From Parasphingorhabdus sp. (lineage in GTDB: Bacteria > Pseudomonadota > Alphaproteobacteria > Sphingomonadales > Sphingomonadaceae): a stretch of 64,000 bases of DNA. Made by a program: the position numbers and the translations under genes. This document shows positions 54,568-63,511 of this stretch, piece by piece (the stretch's first letter is position 1; each line of letters starts with the position of its first letter). Below the pieces are notes generated by a model. That model worked only from the letters and a program-made list of their open reading frames with translations. It was not told where the DNA came from and searched no databases. The DNA lies in contig NZ_DATCTC010000015.1 in NCBI RefSeq assembly GCF_036568145.1, forward strand, positions 4,077 through 68,076, read 5' to 3'.

Positions 54568-54864
54568 ATGTCGATAGACGGTTCTTATGATTGCATCACC
54601 AAATCCCCGATGGGCGACCAGGCTTCCGTGGTGACAATTGTCACCAACGGCGACACGTTCACCGGCACAAACGAAGGCGCCATGGGTTCCATGGAACTGG
54701 AAAACGGCAAGATTAACGGCAACGAGCTGACATGGGAAATGAACATGACCGTGCCGATGCCAATGAAGCTGGAAGGCAAGGCGACTGTAGAAGACGGTGT
54801 ACTAACCGGTTCAGTCAATGCCGGGGCTTTTGGTGAAATGGCTATGACCGGCACCAAGAAATAA
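54568..54864 (+). CDS. Hypothetical small protein (98 aa)
   Basis: AAGGAGAG RBS, coding-like composition, and no signal peptide. I recognise no family. Confidence 0.5.
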   Translation: MSIDGSYDCITKSPMGDQASVVTIVTNGDTFTGTNEGAMGSMELENGKINGNELTWEMNMTVPMPMKLEGKATVEDGVLTGSVNAGAFGEMAMTGTKK

Positions 54865-54894
54865 GCCGCCAAAATATAACAGTTTCAAGACATG

Positions 54895-54930
54895 AAAAGG
54901 CCGCTACCCGATCGGGATAGCGGCCTTTGT
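54895..54930. terminator. Bidirectional hairpin terminator between the 98-aa ORF and pal
   Basis: AAAAGGCCGCTACCC-GATC-GGGATAGCGGCCTTT has a stem of about 12 bp with one bulge. A/T runs lie on both sides, between convergent genes. Confidence 0.7.
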
Positions 54931-54966
54931 TATTCTGTCCCTCCTGGAGAGGAAGAAGCGCGTTTC

Positions 54967-55473
54967 TTATTGAATGACGATGGTCACAGCACGGCGGTTT
55001 TGTGCCCATGCCGCTTCGTTGGAGCCCAATGCCTCGGGGCGTTCCTTGCCATAGCTTACGGTGGTCATCCGGTCCGGGCTAACACCCAAAGACGCCAGAT
55101 AGTTTTTCGCGGCATTCGCCCTGCGCTCACCAAGAGCGAGGTTATATTCGCGTGTGCCGCGTTCGTCGGCATGGCCTTCAATCGTGATCCGTGCATTGGG
55201 ATATTGTGCAAGCCATTGGGCCTGGCTCTGCAATATCGCCTGGTCCTGCGAATCAACAGTATAGCTATCAAGCTCGAACAAAATACGGTCCGACATTGTA
55301 TTGGCCACAAAGTCCCCATGTGATCCGGGTGCATAGCCGGGGCCGGATGATGCAGGCGGAGCTGGCTCGGTCGTGCCCGCTGGCGGTGGCGGCAATTCCT
55401 CCGGTGCCTTTTTAGCGCAACCTGCGAGGACTAGTCCTGTGGTAATTAGCAGAGGGGTCGCATATTTTAACAT
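54967..55473 (-). CDS. pal: Peptidoglycan-associated lipoprotein Pal
   Basis: Lipobox LAGC and a C-terminal OmpA-like domain (GHADERGTREYNLALGERRA). It follows tolB. Confidence 0.93.
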   Translation of the reverse strand: MLKYATPLLITTGLVLAGCAKKAPEELPPPPAGTTEPAPPASSGPGYAPGSHGDFVANTMSDRILFELDSYTVDSQDQAILQSQAQWLAQYPNARITIEGHADERGTREYNLALGERRANAAKNYLASLGVSPDRMTTVSYGKERPEALGSNEAAWAQNRRAVTIVIQ

Positions 55474-55563
55474 AGTCTTGCTCCTATTTTTAGCATGCCC
55501 AAATTGGACTTATAGCCGTTTTTCAGTCACTTGTCTCACAATAGTTCTACTTTTGAAAAACTG

Positions 55564-56910
55564 TTAAGGCAGAATAGGCCCCCATGCCGGGTCAGAGCCA
55601 TCTACCGGAGTGGGCAGTTTGCGCTCGTTCTGGCCGGTCAGGTCGACCTGCCAGATGCCTGTTTCACCGCTTCCGCGGGTTGTCCGGAAAAACTGGATAA
55701 CACGGCCATTTGGTGCCCAGGTCGGGGCTTCGTCCTGCCAGTTATTGGTGAGCAATCGCTCTCCGCCGCCGCCCGGTGTCATAACGCCAATGCGGAAATT
55801 CCCGGCCATTTTGGTAAAAGCGATCAAATCGCCGCGCGGACTCCATTCCGGCGTTGCATAGCGGCCGCCGCCAAAGCTGATTCGCCGTTCATTACCGCCA
55901 TTGGCGCTCATCACATAAAGCTGCTGGCTTCCCGAACGGTCGCTTTCAAAAACGATCTGGCTACCGTCGGGGGAGAAACTGCCGCCAATATCAATACCGG
56001 GAGCAGAGGTCAGCCGCACCGGCGTTCCGCCTTGGGACGATACTTTGTAGATATCGGTATTCCCGGCAATGGCCATCGAATAGAGCAGCCATTTGCCATC
56101 GGGCGACCAGCGCGGCGCAAATGTGGGGTTAGAGCTTTGGGTAATCAGCCTTTGCTGCCCTGTGCCGATTTCATAGACATAAATGCGGGGGTTTCCGTCC
56201 AGAAAGCTCAGATATACGATCTTCTTATAATCGGGAGAAAAGCGCGGAGTCAGCGCGGTTGCCTGACCATTGGTGATGAATCGGTGGTTGGCTCCGTCGC
56301 TATCCATGATAGCCAGCCGTTTGCGCCGGTTACCTTTAGGACCTGTCTCGGCAATATAAGCGATGCGGCTATCGAAGAAGGGTGATTCGCCGGTCAGGCG
56401 TGAATAAACGCTATCGGCGCATTTATGGGCCGCGCGCCGCCAGTCGCGGGGTTCAACGACAAAGCCCTGACGGGTCAGTTCGGTTTGCAGCGCAACATCA
56501 TAAAGATAACAGCCGACGGTCAGCTTGCCATCAGCATTCGCGCGGATGAATCCTTGTAGGAGAGCAGAAGCGGGAGTGCCCTGCCAATATGGAAATTGCG
56601 GTGTGGTCACTTCGCTAAAGCTGATTCCGCGAACCTGATTGCGGGTCAGCGGTTTGAACAGGCCACTGGAACGCAGGTCGCCCACAATCACGTCGCTGAT
56701 TTTATTGCCCAGTTCAGCGGTAGTTCCCGCCGGTGTGTCGGTGCTTTGCGGTGTCGCAAAGGCGGGCACGGCAATGGTTAGCTGGTCAGCCCCGACATTA
56801 TCAACATCGACGGTCAACTGGGCATGAGCGGGCATCGCCAGCCCGGCCAGCCCGATGAACAGGATGAAGGCGGCTAGCCACGATAGGCGCTTGGGGTGAG
56901 CTGTAACCAT
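55564..56910 (-). CDS. tolB: Tol-Pal system beta-propeller protein TolB
   Basis: 448-aa ORF with a signal peptide, an N-terminal TolB domain, then repeated P.wSPDG propeller motifs. Confidence 0.95.
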   Translation of the reverse strand: MVTAHPKRLSWLAAFILFIGLAGLAMPAHAQLTVDVDNVGADQLTIAVPAFATPQSTDTPAGTTAELGNKISDVIVGDLRSSGLFKPLTRNQVRGISFSEVTTPQFPYWQGTPASALLQGFIRANADGKLTVGCYLYDVALQTELTRQGFVVEPRDWRRAAHKCADSVYSRLTGESPFFDSRIAYIAETGPKGNRRKRLAIMDSDGANHRFITNGQATALTPRFSPDYKKIVYLSFLDGNPRIYVYEIGTGQQRLITQSSNPTFAPRWSPDGKWLLYSMAIAGNTDIYKVSSQGGTPVRLTSAPGIDIGGSFSPDGSQIVFESDRSGSQQLYVMSANGGNERRISFGGGRYATPEWSPRGDLIAFTKMAGNFRIGVMTPGGGGERLLTNNWQDEAPTWAPNGRVIQFFRTTRGSGETGIWQVDLTGQNERKLPTPVDGSDPAWGPILP

Positions 56911-56934
56911 GATATTCTCCTATATAGCCTGACC

Positions 56935-57729
56935 CTATATACCCAGATAGAGTACAGGTTCTATGATGTTCCACTCGTTATAATATTTATCGGGGAATGT
57001 CGTATAAGGTGCGGCCAGTTTTACGGCAGCAATCGCCCGTTCCTTGTGCACGTCAGCCTGGGAACGGTTGCTGGCGGTGATTCCGGTCGTGGTGGCGGTG
57101 GGTGTTCCGACAATATTGCCATTACGGTCAAGCCGGGCAGTGACTTTTGTCCGCAAAAGCTCCGCATCGGCTCCGGTAGGCGGCTTCCAGTGGCGCTTGA
57201 TCTGCCGGTATAATTCCTGCTGCAAAGACGCAACGACGCTGGCAGATGCTTTTTCTCCGGTCGCTTCCTGATTACGGCTCAGCGATGACTGGTCGGTTAT
57301 GCCTTTCAGGAAATCCTTGCCCAACCGCGACCCTTTTGGTTTTGGCTTGGATTCGGTCGCAGGTTTCTCCTGCGCTTTGGGCTTTTCCTTCGGAGAGGCT
57401 TTAGGCTGAGGCTTTGGTTCGGCGGCGGGTGCGGGCTGCGGGCGTGTTGGCTCTATTGTGGGGGCAGGGGTAAGTTCGCTGGGTTCCGGCTGGCTCAGAT
57501 CCGCCGGATCGGGATCGCCAAGCTCTTCGGCCACGCTGGTCGCTGGCGGCATAAGGGCAAGATTGGGCGCACTGCTTTCCAGACCGACCTCATCCGCAAT
57601 CGTAACTTCGATGGACTTGGGCTTATAAATATTATCCGGCAGAAACAGCAGGTTGAGCGACAATATGCCAAACAGGGCAACATGCCCGGCAGCAGCAACA
57701 CCCAAGCCAATTTTTTCAGCCTTCTCCAT
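56935..57729 (-). CDS. tolA: Cell envelope integrity protein TolA
   Basis: 264-aa ORF with an N-terminal TM anchor, a Pro/Lys/Glu/Ala-rich linker, and a small C-terminal TonB/TolA-like domain. It lies between tolR and tolB. Confidence 0.8.
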   Translation of the reverse strand: MEKAEKIGLGVAAAGHVALFGILSLNLLFLPDNIYKPKSIEVTIADEVGLESSAPNLALMPPATSVAEELGDPDPADLSQPEPSELTPAPTIEPTRPQPAPAAEPKPQPKASPKEKPKAQEKPATESKPKPKGSRLGKDFLKGITDQSSLSRNQEATGEKASASVVASLQQELYRQIKRHWKPPTGADAELLRTKVTARLDRNGNIVGTPTATTTGITASNRSQADVHKERAIAAVKLAAPYTTFPDKYYNEWNIIEPVLYLGI

Positions 57730-57743
57730 ACAGCCTGTATTTC

Positions 57744-58190
57744 CTAATTAGACTCAGATGAACCTGTTGTGACTAATGATACGCGGTTCAGCCCGGCCCG
57801 GTTGAGTTCACCCATAACCGCCATAATAAACCCGTAATCAAGGGTTTTGTCACCGCGAAGCATGATTTGCCGCGGGTTATCCGGATTCTGGGTGGCTGCG
57901 ATTTCGTTCAGGCGCGAGGCCAGAATATCCCGGTCCATTTCTTCATCATCAAGGTAAATCCTGCCTTGTGGGTCGATCGAGATCTGGACTGGTTCCTGAT
58001 CCTGTTCCAGCGCATTGGCGCGGCTTTCCGGCAGGTCCACGGGTACACCGGTGACCAATAAAGGCGCGGTGACCATGAAGATGATTAAAAGCACCAGCAT
58101 AACATCGACAAAGGGGGTGACGTTTATCTCTGACATAGGTGCACGGCCCCGATTACGGCGGCCATGTCCGGGGGCTAGGTTCATTGCCAT
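57744..58190 (-). CDS. tolR: Tol-Pal system protein TolR (ExbD/TolR family)
   Basis: EINVTPFVDVMLVLLIIFM motif. 148 aa, directly after tolQ. Confidence 0.9.
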   Translation of the reverse strand: MAMNLAPGHGRRNRGRAPMSEINVTPFVDVMLVLLIIFMVTAPLLVTGVPVDLPESRANALEQDQEPVQISIDPQGRIYLDDEEMDRDILASRLNEIAATQNPDNPRQIMLRGDKTLDYGFIMAVMGELNRAGLNRVSLVTTGSSESN

Positions 58191-58193
58191 CGC

Positions 58194-58892
58194 TTATTTT
58201 CCCAATTCCAGTTCGCGGCTCAATGTCGCGTGAAATCCGTCGGCAAAGCGGCCCATTCGGGCTTCCATCTTGTTTAAGCGGTGCGAAAAGCGGTTATAGG
58301 CAATAACGGCGGGAATCGCTGCAAACAGGCCAATCGCGGTCGCAAACAGCGCCTCTGCAATGCCCGGCGCAACCACGGCGAGCGAACTGTTCTGTTCTGC
58401 CGCAATGGCCGAAAAGCTGCGCATAATGCCCCAGACTGTCCCGAACAGGCCGACGAAAGGGGCAACGCTGCCGACGGTGGCAAGGAAGTTGAGACGGTCG
58501 GCCAGCTTGTCCACTTCATGGGTGATCGAGGAATTCATAGCGGTGGCAAGGCGTTGGCGTGTGCCTTCGCGGTCAATCGGGCCGCGTGCAGTGGATCGCC
58601 GCCACTCGCGCATCCCCTCGAACAGCACCTTGGCTATTGGCAGTCCGGATTTTCCATGATCGTCGAAAAATTTGTCAATATTGTCGGTTTTGGAAAAAGA
58701 CTGCTCAAATTGATCGGTCTTCTTTCCGATACGGCTTATTTTCATCCCGAAGCTGACAATGATAGTCCATGTCCAGATGCTGGCAAGCAGCAGACCGATC
58801 ATGACCGCTTTGACGATGATATCCGCCTGTAAAAACAGGTTAAAGGGTGAAAATTCACCGGAAGCTGCATGGATAGAGAGACTGTCTAGCAA
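58194..58892 (-). CDS. tolQ: Tol-Pal system protein TolQ (MotA/TolQ/ExbB family)
   Basis: 232-aa ORF with 3 TM segments and the conserved LATVGS.APFVGLFGTVWGIM motif. Confidence 0.93.
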   Translation of the reverse strand: MLDSLSIHAASGEFSPFNLFLQADIIVKAVMIGLLLASIWTWTIIVSFGMKISRIGKKTDQFEQSFSKTDNIDKFFDDHGKSGLPIAKVLFEGMREWRRSTARGPIDREGTRQRLATAMNSSITHEVDKLADRLNFLATVGSVAPFVGLFGTVWGIMRSFSAIAAEQNSSLAVVAPGIAEALFATAIGLFAAIPAVIAYNRFSHRLNKMEARMGRFADGFHATLSRELELGK

Positions 58893-58904
58893 AATATAAT
58901 CCTC

Positions 58905-59393
58905 TTATTCGTCGGGTTTTGTATCAATCGCATCTACCATGACCGCAGCAAATGCTTTCGTCCATGGTTCAGGTTGCCGTCTTGGCCGCCCGGCAGGCGT
59001 AAGGAAGGCTGCCTGAACAGTGGCTGACGCTATTCTTTCGTCTCCGCGCATGATCGTTTGTTCTATTTCGACGCTGGCTTTCCGTAATTTGTGCACGCCG
59101 CTGATGACGAGCAGATTATCCTGAAACCTGGCCGGTGCAATATATTTTATATGTAAATCAGCCACCGCATAGGCTCCGTCGCCCGCCTCAAACGCAGCGC
59201 GCTGGTCCATGCCAAGTTGATAAAGCATATCGGAACGTGCCCGCTCCATGAATTTCAGGTAAGCGGCATGATAGACAATCCCGGAAAAATCCGTGTCTTC
59301 ATAATAGACCCGGCAGGCAAAATAATGCCGTCCGCCGCGAAACTGGCCGTCATGGGGCTTTATATCGACCGGAAGATTGTTGTTGGCATCCAT
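58905..59393 (-). CDS. ybgC: Tol-Pal-associated acyl-CoA thioesterase YbgC
   Basis: Hotdog fold with V.YEDTD..G.VYHA.YL.F.E.AR. It is the first gene of the tol cluster. Confidence 0.85.
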   Translation of the reverse strand: MDANNNLPVDIKPHDGQFRGGRHYFACRVYYEDTDFSGIVYHAAYLKFMERARSDMLYQLGMDQRAAFEAGDGAYAVADLHIKYIAPARFQDNLLVISGVHKLRKASVEIEQTIMRGDERIASATVQAAFLTPAGRPRRQPEPWTKAFAAVMVDAIDTKPDE

Positions 59394-59480
59394 CTGCGGG
59401 ATAGTAGCCTTTGGATTTCAAAGAGAAAGCTCGAAACATTCCGTCCGGCGCATTTTTGAGTCTATTTGGCCGTTGGCGGA

Positions 59481-59993
59481 TTATTCCCATAGCTGATCGG
59501 AAAGGGTTTCGCCCGTTTCCAGCAAGCTTTTAAGGTTACTAAGCACTGCGGGCCAGCCATCGCGCACGCCTTTATCCATCTCTGAACCGGGTTCAAGCTC
59601 GCTATGGACAACGGTCAATTTCGTATCCGGGCCAAGCGCAACAAGCTCATAGGTCACAATCGAGAGTTTGGCCGGATCGTCCCCCTCACTGTCAAAGGCC
59701 CAGCTCCAGACCATTTTGCGGGGCGGATCAATTTCAATAATATGCCCCCGGACATCGGTTTTTCCGCTTCCATCGCTGCGAACATGGTTCCACCGCGATC
59801 CCGGTTGCCAATCCGATTCATTATAATGGCCCCAATAAGCCTTGGTCATGTCGCGGTCGATCAAGCCATTCCAGACTTTTTCCACGCTGGCTGCTATGAA
59901 GATTGTATAGACAAAATCGGGCGCACATTGTTCGCCGGTTGATCCGCGAGTGGCGGTGATGTCGCTTGGGGTTGCTGCAGATGAGCTAGGCAC
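59481..59993 (-). CDS. SRPBCC-superfamily protein (Aha1/activator of Hsp90 ATPase homolog-like domain)
   Basis: The pattern I.A..E.VW..L.D...T..YW... ..W..GS.W is typical of ArsR-linked SRPBCC proteins. The start was chosen at GTG 59993 (GGAGAA RBS), overlapping the arsR stop by 8 nt. Alternatives are ATG 60023 and the track start 60098. Confidence 0.7.
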   Translation of the reverse strand: MPSSSAATPSDITATRGSTGEQCAPDFVYTIFIAASVEKVWNGLIDRDMTKAYWGHYNESDWQPGSRWNHVRSDGSGKTDVRGHIIEIDPPRKMVWSWAFDSEGDDPAKLSIVTYELVALGPDTKLTVVHSELEPGSEMDKGVRDGWPAVLSNLKSLLETGETLSDQLWE

Positions 59994-60354
59994 TGCGTTT
60001 CTCCTCTTCCGGTTTCCTGTCATTCTCGATCTGGTCTTTGAAATCTGTGAGCGCTGTGATGCGTGCATCTTCAAACTTGCCGACCCAGCGGTGGACAATA
60101 TCGCTCAGCGGCACGGGATTAAGGTAATGGAGTTTAGTCCGGCCCTGCCAGTGAACAGTGACCAGATTGGCCTTTTCCAATATCGCGAGATGTTTGGCCA
60201 CGGCTTGGCGAGACATGGAGATTTGTTCACAGAGTTCGTTCAGGCTTTGACCATTTTTGGCAAATAGCCGGTCAAGCATCTGTCGCCGCGTCTTATCCGC
60301 CAGTGCATGGAAAATATCTGCTATGAACACTAATATGCAACTAAATGGTTGCAT
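59986..60354 (-). CDS. ArsR/SmtB-family transcriptional regulator
   Basis: IFHALADKTRRQMLDRL..G..S.NEL.......SRQAV.KHL..LE.A.LV is a winged HTH of the ArsR family. Confidence 0.88.
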   Translation of the reverse strand: MQPFSCILVFIADIFHALADKTRRQMLDRLFAKNGQSLNELCEQISMSRQAVAKHLAILEKANLVTVHWQGRTKLHYLNPVPLSDIVHRWVGKFEDARITALTDFKDQIENDRKPEEEKRSA

Positions 60355-60473
60355 GTCAAGATTGTTCTACACCGTCGTCAAGAGCGGGCACCTTCAACTG
60401 ACCAAAAGAGGTTTGTGCAGTTTGTAAACTTCGCCCCGCGCCGTATCAAAACCGCTGCCGGAAAACGCTATTG

Positions 60474-60821
60474 CTACCGCGCGCAGTTAACGCATAATGC
60501 CGCCGCCGGGTCGATTTCCAGACGTTTATAGGCAATGGGTTCGCCGCATTCGGCGCACCAGCCATATTCATCCTCTGCGATCCGTTTCAGCGCAATATCA
60601 ATCCGCGCAAGATCGCTGGTCCGGCGGCGTGCTTCGGCCTGTGCCATTTCCTGTTGCTGCAAAGCATCCATGCGCGACAGGCGGCCAACACTTTGCTGGT
60701 CCAGTTCCACCGTGCCGCGCCAGTTTGCACCTTCGTCGTCCAGTGCTTTGAGCTCCGACTGCCGCTTAACCAAAAGATTCTTCAGCGCCGCAAGCTGAGT
60801 TTTGGAAAGACCGTCAGCCAT
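60474..60821 (-). CDS. DksA/TraR-family C4-type zinc-finger protein
   Basis: 115-aa ORF with a coiled-coil N-half and the C-terminal C.ECGE.I...RL......LC..C motif. Confidence 0.85.
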   Translation of the reverse strand: MADGLSKTQLAALKNLLVKRQSELKALDDEGANWRGTVELDQQSVGRLSRMDALQQQEMAQAEARRRTSDLARIDIALKRIAEDEYGWCAECGEPIAYKRLEIDPAAALCVNCAR

Positions 60822-60827
60822 CGCGGG

Positions 60828-62195
60828 TCATTCTGTTTTGGGGGCGAGCAGGTCCAAAGCGGCTGCGGTCATAGCCTCTGTGCCCAGAGTCACGGATTCC
60901 CTTGGCGAAACTTTGAAAAATGGCGAATGGTGGGATGGCACGGGCGGGCCGCCTGCCTCTGCGGCGTCAAAGGCCGATTGCGGTGTTCCCCCAACTGAGA
61001 AATAGACGCCAGGCACATCGGTATTGGGTGCGACAAAATACGCGAAATCCTCTGCACCCATGCCTTCGCGTGGCTTATCGTCAAAAACATCGGCCCCGAA
61101 ACGCTCTGAAAACAGGTTTTTAATCCGGCGGGTCAGGGCGGCATCATTATATGTCGCCGGTGTCCGTTCCTGTGATATTGTGACCTTGGGCAGCTTGTCG
61201 TCGGGCAGGCCGTTCATTCTGCCGACATTTTCCGAAATACGCTTGATGCCTTCGAGCAGTTTTTCGCGGGTTTCCTGATCATCGGAACGGACGGTAAGCT
61301 GCATCTCCGCCTTGTCGGAAATGATATTATGCTTGAAGCCGCTATGGAAAGATCCAACCGTCACCACGGCGGGATTAAGCGGCGCAATCTCGCGGCTGAC
61401 CAGAGTTTGCAAATTCATGATGATCTGCGCGCCCATGACAACCGGATCCTTTCCGCGGTGCGGCGATGCACCATGCGCGCCAACCCCGTATACGGTGATG
61501 TCCACGCTGTCAGATGAGGAAGAGCTGATCCCCTCTCTCAACGCCAGTTTGCCGGTCGGTGTATCGGCCGAGACATGGAAAGCCATGGCAAAATCTGGTT
61601 TGGGGAAGCGGCTGTAAAGCCCGTCATCCATCATCAGCTTTGCGCCGCCAATGCGTTCTTCGGCGGGCTGCGCGATCAGCACAACCGTCCCGCGCCACTG
61701 ATCCTTCATTGCCGACAGGCGGCGCGCCGTTCCGATCAGGGAGGTGATATGCACATCATGGCCGCAGGCGTGCATAACCGGTTTTTCCTGACCATCTATG
61801 CTGACCTGTCTGGCCGTGGACATATAATCCAGGCCGCTATCTTCGACGAGGGGCAGCCCGTCCATATCCGCACGCAGCATTAGAGTCGGGCCGTCGCCAT
61901 TTTCCATGACCGCAACAACCCCGGTGCCGCCGACTTTTTCGGTAACATCCCACCCGGCCGCGCGCCATTCCTTGGCCATGATAGAAGCTGTGCGGGTTTC
62001 CTTGTAAGACAGTTCCGGATTGCGGTGAAAATCGAGGAACAATGCACCCAGCTTTTCATCATAATCTGACGAAACAGCTTTACCAAGGTCCGTAGTCGGT
62101 CCTGATTGTGCCAGAGCAGGTGATATGGAAGCCAACAGGCCGCATGTGGCCAAAGCCAATAGATGATGTTTCACGATTTTTCCCCTAATTTCCAA
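60828..62195 (-). CDS. M20-family amidohydrolase (M20D, hippurate hydrolase/aminoacylase-like), secreted
   Basis: 455-aa ORF with a signal peptide and the motifs MHACGHD, QPAEE and AEDF characteristic of M20D amidohydrolases. Confidence 0.85.
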   Translation of the reverse strand: MEIRGKIVKHHLLALATCGLLASISPALAQSGPTTDLGKAVSSDYDEKLGALFLDFHRNPELSYKETRTASIMAKEWRAAGWDVTEKVGGTGVVAVMENGDGPTLMLRADMDGLPLVEDSGLDYMSTARQVSIDGQEKPVMHACGHDVHITSLIGTARRLSAMKDQWRGTVVLIAQPAEERIGGAKLMMDDGLYSRFPKPDFAMAFHVSADTPTGKLALREGISSSSSDSVDITVYGVGAHGASPHRGKDPVVMGAQIIMNLQTLVSREIAPLNPAVVTVGSFHSGFKHNIISDKAEMQLTVRSDDQETREKLLEGIKRISENVGRMNGLPDDKLPKVTISQERTPATYNDAALTRRIKNLFSERFGADVFDDKPREGMGAEDFAYFVAPNTDVPGVYFSVGGTPQSAFDAAEAGGPPVPSHHSPFFKVSPRESVTLGTEAMTAAALDLLAPKTE

Positions 62196-62256
62196 TCCTT
62201 GTGTCGGACAGATTCCGAATGTCTAAATTGTTCAGCGCTGCTTTTTAAAGCAAGAC

Positions 62257-62640
62257 CTATCCGCCAATAGCAAATTTACAGGCACATAATTTATTGCCGT
62301 CGAGATCGCGGAAATAGGCACCGTAAAAAATATCGGGTGCGCGCCAGTCAGGTGCGCCTTCATCGACAGCACCCAGTTCCATTGCCTTGGCGTGAAGCGC
62401 ATCCACCTGATCGGTGTCGTCAAAAGACAGTGCGACCATTGTGCCATTGCCAAAACAGGCTTCATTGCCATCATAGGGATTGGTGATACAGATCATCGGT
62501 TGCCCGGGCGCCCGACCGTAAAACTGCCCACCCAAAGGGGTCTGGAACAGTTTTTTGATATCAGTTCCTTCAAAAAGACTGTCGTAAAATTCAACAGCTT
62601 TGTCTTTATCATTGGTGCCCAGCATTGTGTAAGCGATCAT
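62257..62640 (-). CDS. VOC family protein
   Basis: A 127-aa product from ATG 62640 (GGGAGAGAG RBS). It shows a glyoxalase-like pattern (F.D.DGN.L). The track ORF extends to 62736. Confidence 0.7.
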   Translation of the reverse strand: MIAYTMLGTNDKDKAVEFYDSLFEGTDIKKLFQTPLGGQFYGRAPGQPMICITNPYDGNEACFGNGTMVALSFDDTDQVDALHAKAMELGAVDEGAPDWRAPDIFYGAYFRDLDGNKLCACKFAIGG

Positions 62641-62798
62641 CTGCTTCTCTCTCTCCCTTGGTATTGCTGATATGGTTTCGGTGTGAAACCTATCACTGCT
62701 ACCAATAGATGCAATGGCGTGATGGACAATAGGCATAAAAAACGGAGCAAAAGCACATGGGCTTTGCTCCGTCTTTAATAAATTTAGGTGTCAGAGGT

Positions 62799-63335
62799 TC
62801 AGCTTGTTGGGCATTTCCCGATCCGTTTGCCGTTGCTTTTCGCCGTAATGTCCATTTCCATGCCGCCGGCACCGCCGTTCATTTGCATGGTCATGTCATA
62901 GCTGCTTGGACCATATTGACCGTTCATTACCATGGTCATCTCACCCGGTGCACCAACATTGCCACAAGTCATTTCGGATGAGATCGCGCCGCCGCTCATG
63001 TCAAACTTCTTGACTGTGCAGTCGGTTTTTTCCTGTGCGGCAAAAAATTCCGCGCCCGGGTTTTTGGCCTGTTCTTCTGTAATGCAGGATTTACTGACGG
63101 TCGTTGTCTTCATGCTATCCATGATATTCGTAGGCGCGCCTTCGGGCAGACCTTCGATTTTGATATCCACGATTTCGACAGTATTCTCCCATTCACCGGG
63201 CTCCAGAGTGACTTCGTTCATCACTTTTGCAACTTCATCCGCGCTGATATTGCCATCATTGTCGGTATCTGCGGTGTTGCTGGAGCAGCCTACCATCAAT
63301 GCAGATGCGGCTACGGCTAAAACAATCTTGATCAC
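62799..63335 (-). CDS. DUF3617-like lipoprotein with an EF-hand-like DxDxDG loop
   Basis: GTG 63335 (AAGGAA RBS 8 nt upstream) gives MIKIVLAVAASALMVGC, a lipoprotein signal. DTDNDGNISADE is an EF-hand-like loop. EPGEWE and conserved Cys resemble DUF3617. The track start is 63377. Confidence 0.65.
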   Translation of the reverse strand: MIKIVLAVAASALMVGCSSNTADTDNDGNISADEVAKVMNEVTLEPGEWENTVEIVDIKIEGLPEGAPTNIMDSMKTTTVSKSCITEEQAKNPGAEFFAAQEKTDCTVKKFDMSGGAISSEMTCGNVGAPGEMTMVMNGQYGPSSYDMTMQMNGGAGGMEMDITAKSNGKRIGKCPTS

Positions 63336-63438
63336 AGGGGTTTTTCCTTGTTTAGTTATTGACCCGGCTATTCCCATATCCCGATTGTCCGGTTTTGTAA
63401 ATTTATGAAGATGTAATATCTTCGTTCACGAATATTGG

Positions 63439-63474
63439 GTCAAGGTTGATGTCAAGATTGGGGCCAAGATTGGG
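63439..63474. repeat. Three tandem 12-bp direct repeats upstream of uvrB
   Basis: GTCAAGGTTGAT GTCAAGATTGGG GCCAAGATTGGG are head-to-tail repeats ending 38 bp before the uvrB ATG. Confidence 0.7.
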
Positions 63475-63511
63475 GGATGACACCGGACCTGTTTAGCCCC
63501 ATATTCCTTTC

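Noticed and set aside
63424-63438. An alphaproteobacterial LexA box (GTTC-N7-GTTC) upstream of uvrB: GTTCACGAATATTGG.
   Set aside because: The second half-site is TTGG rather than GTTC, matching at most 1 of 4 positions in register. This is not a convincing SOS operator.
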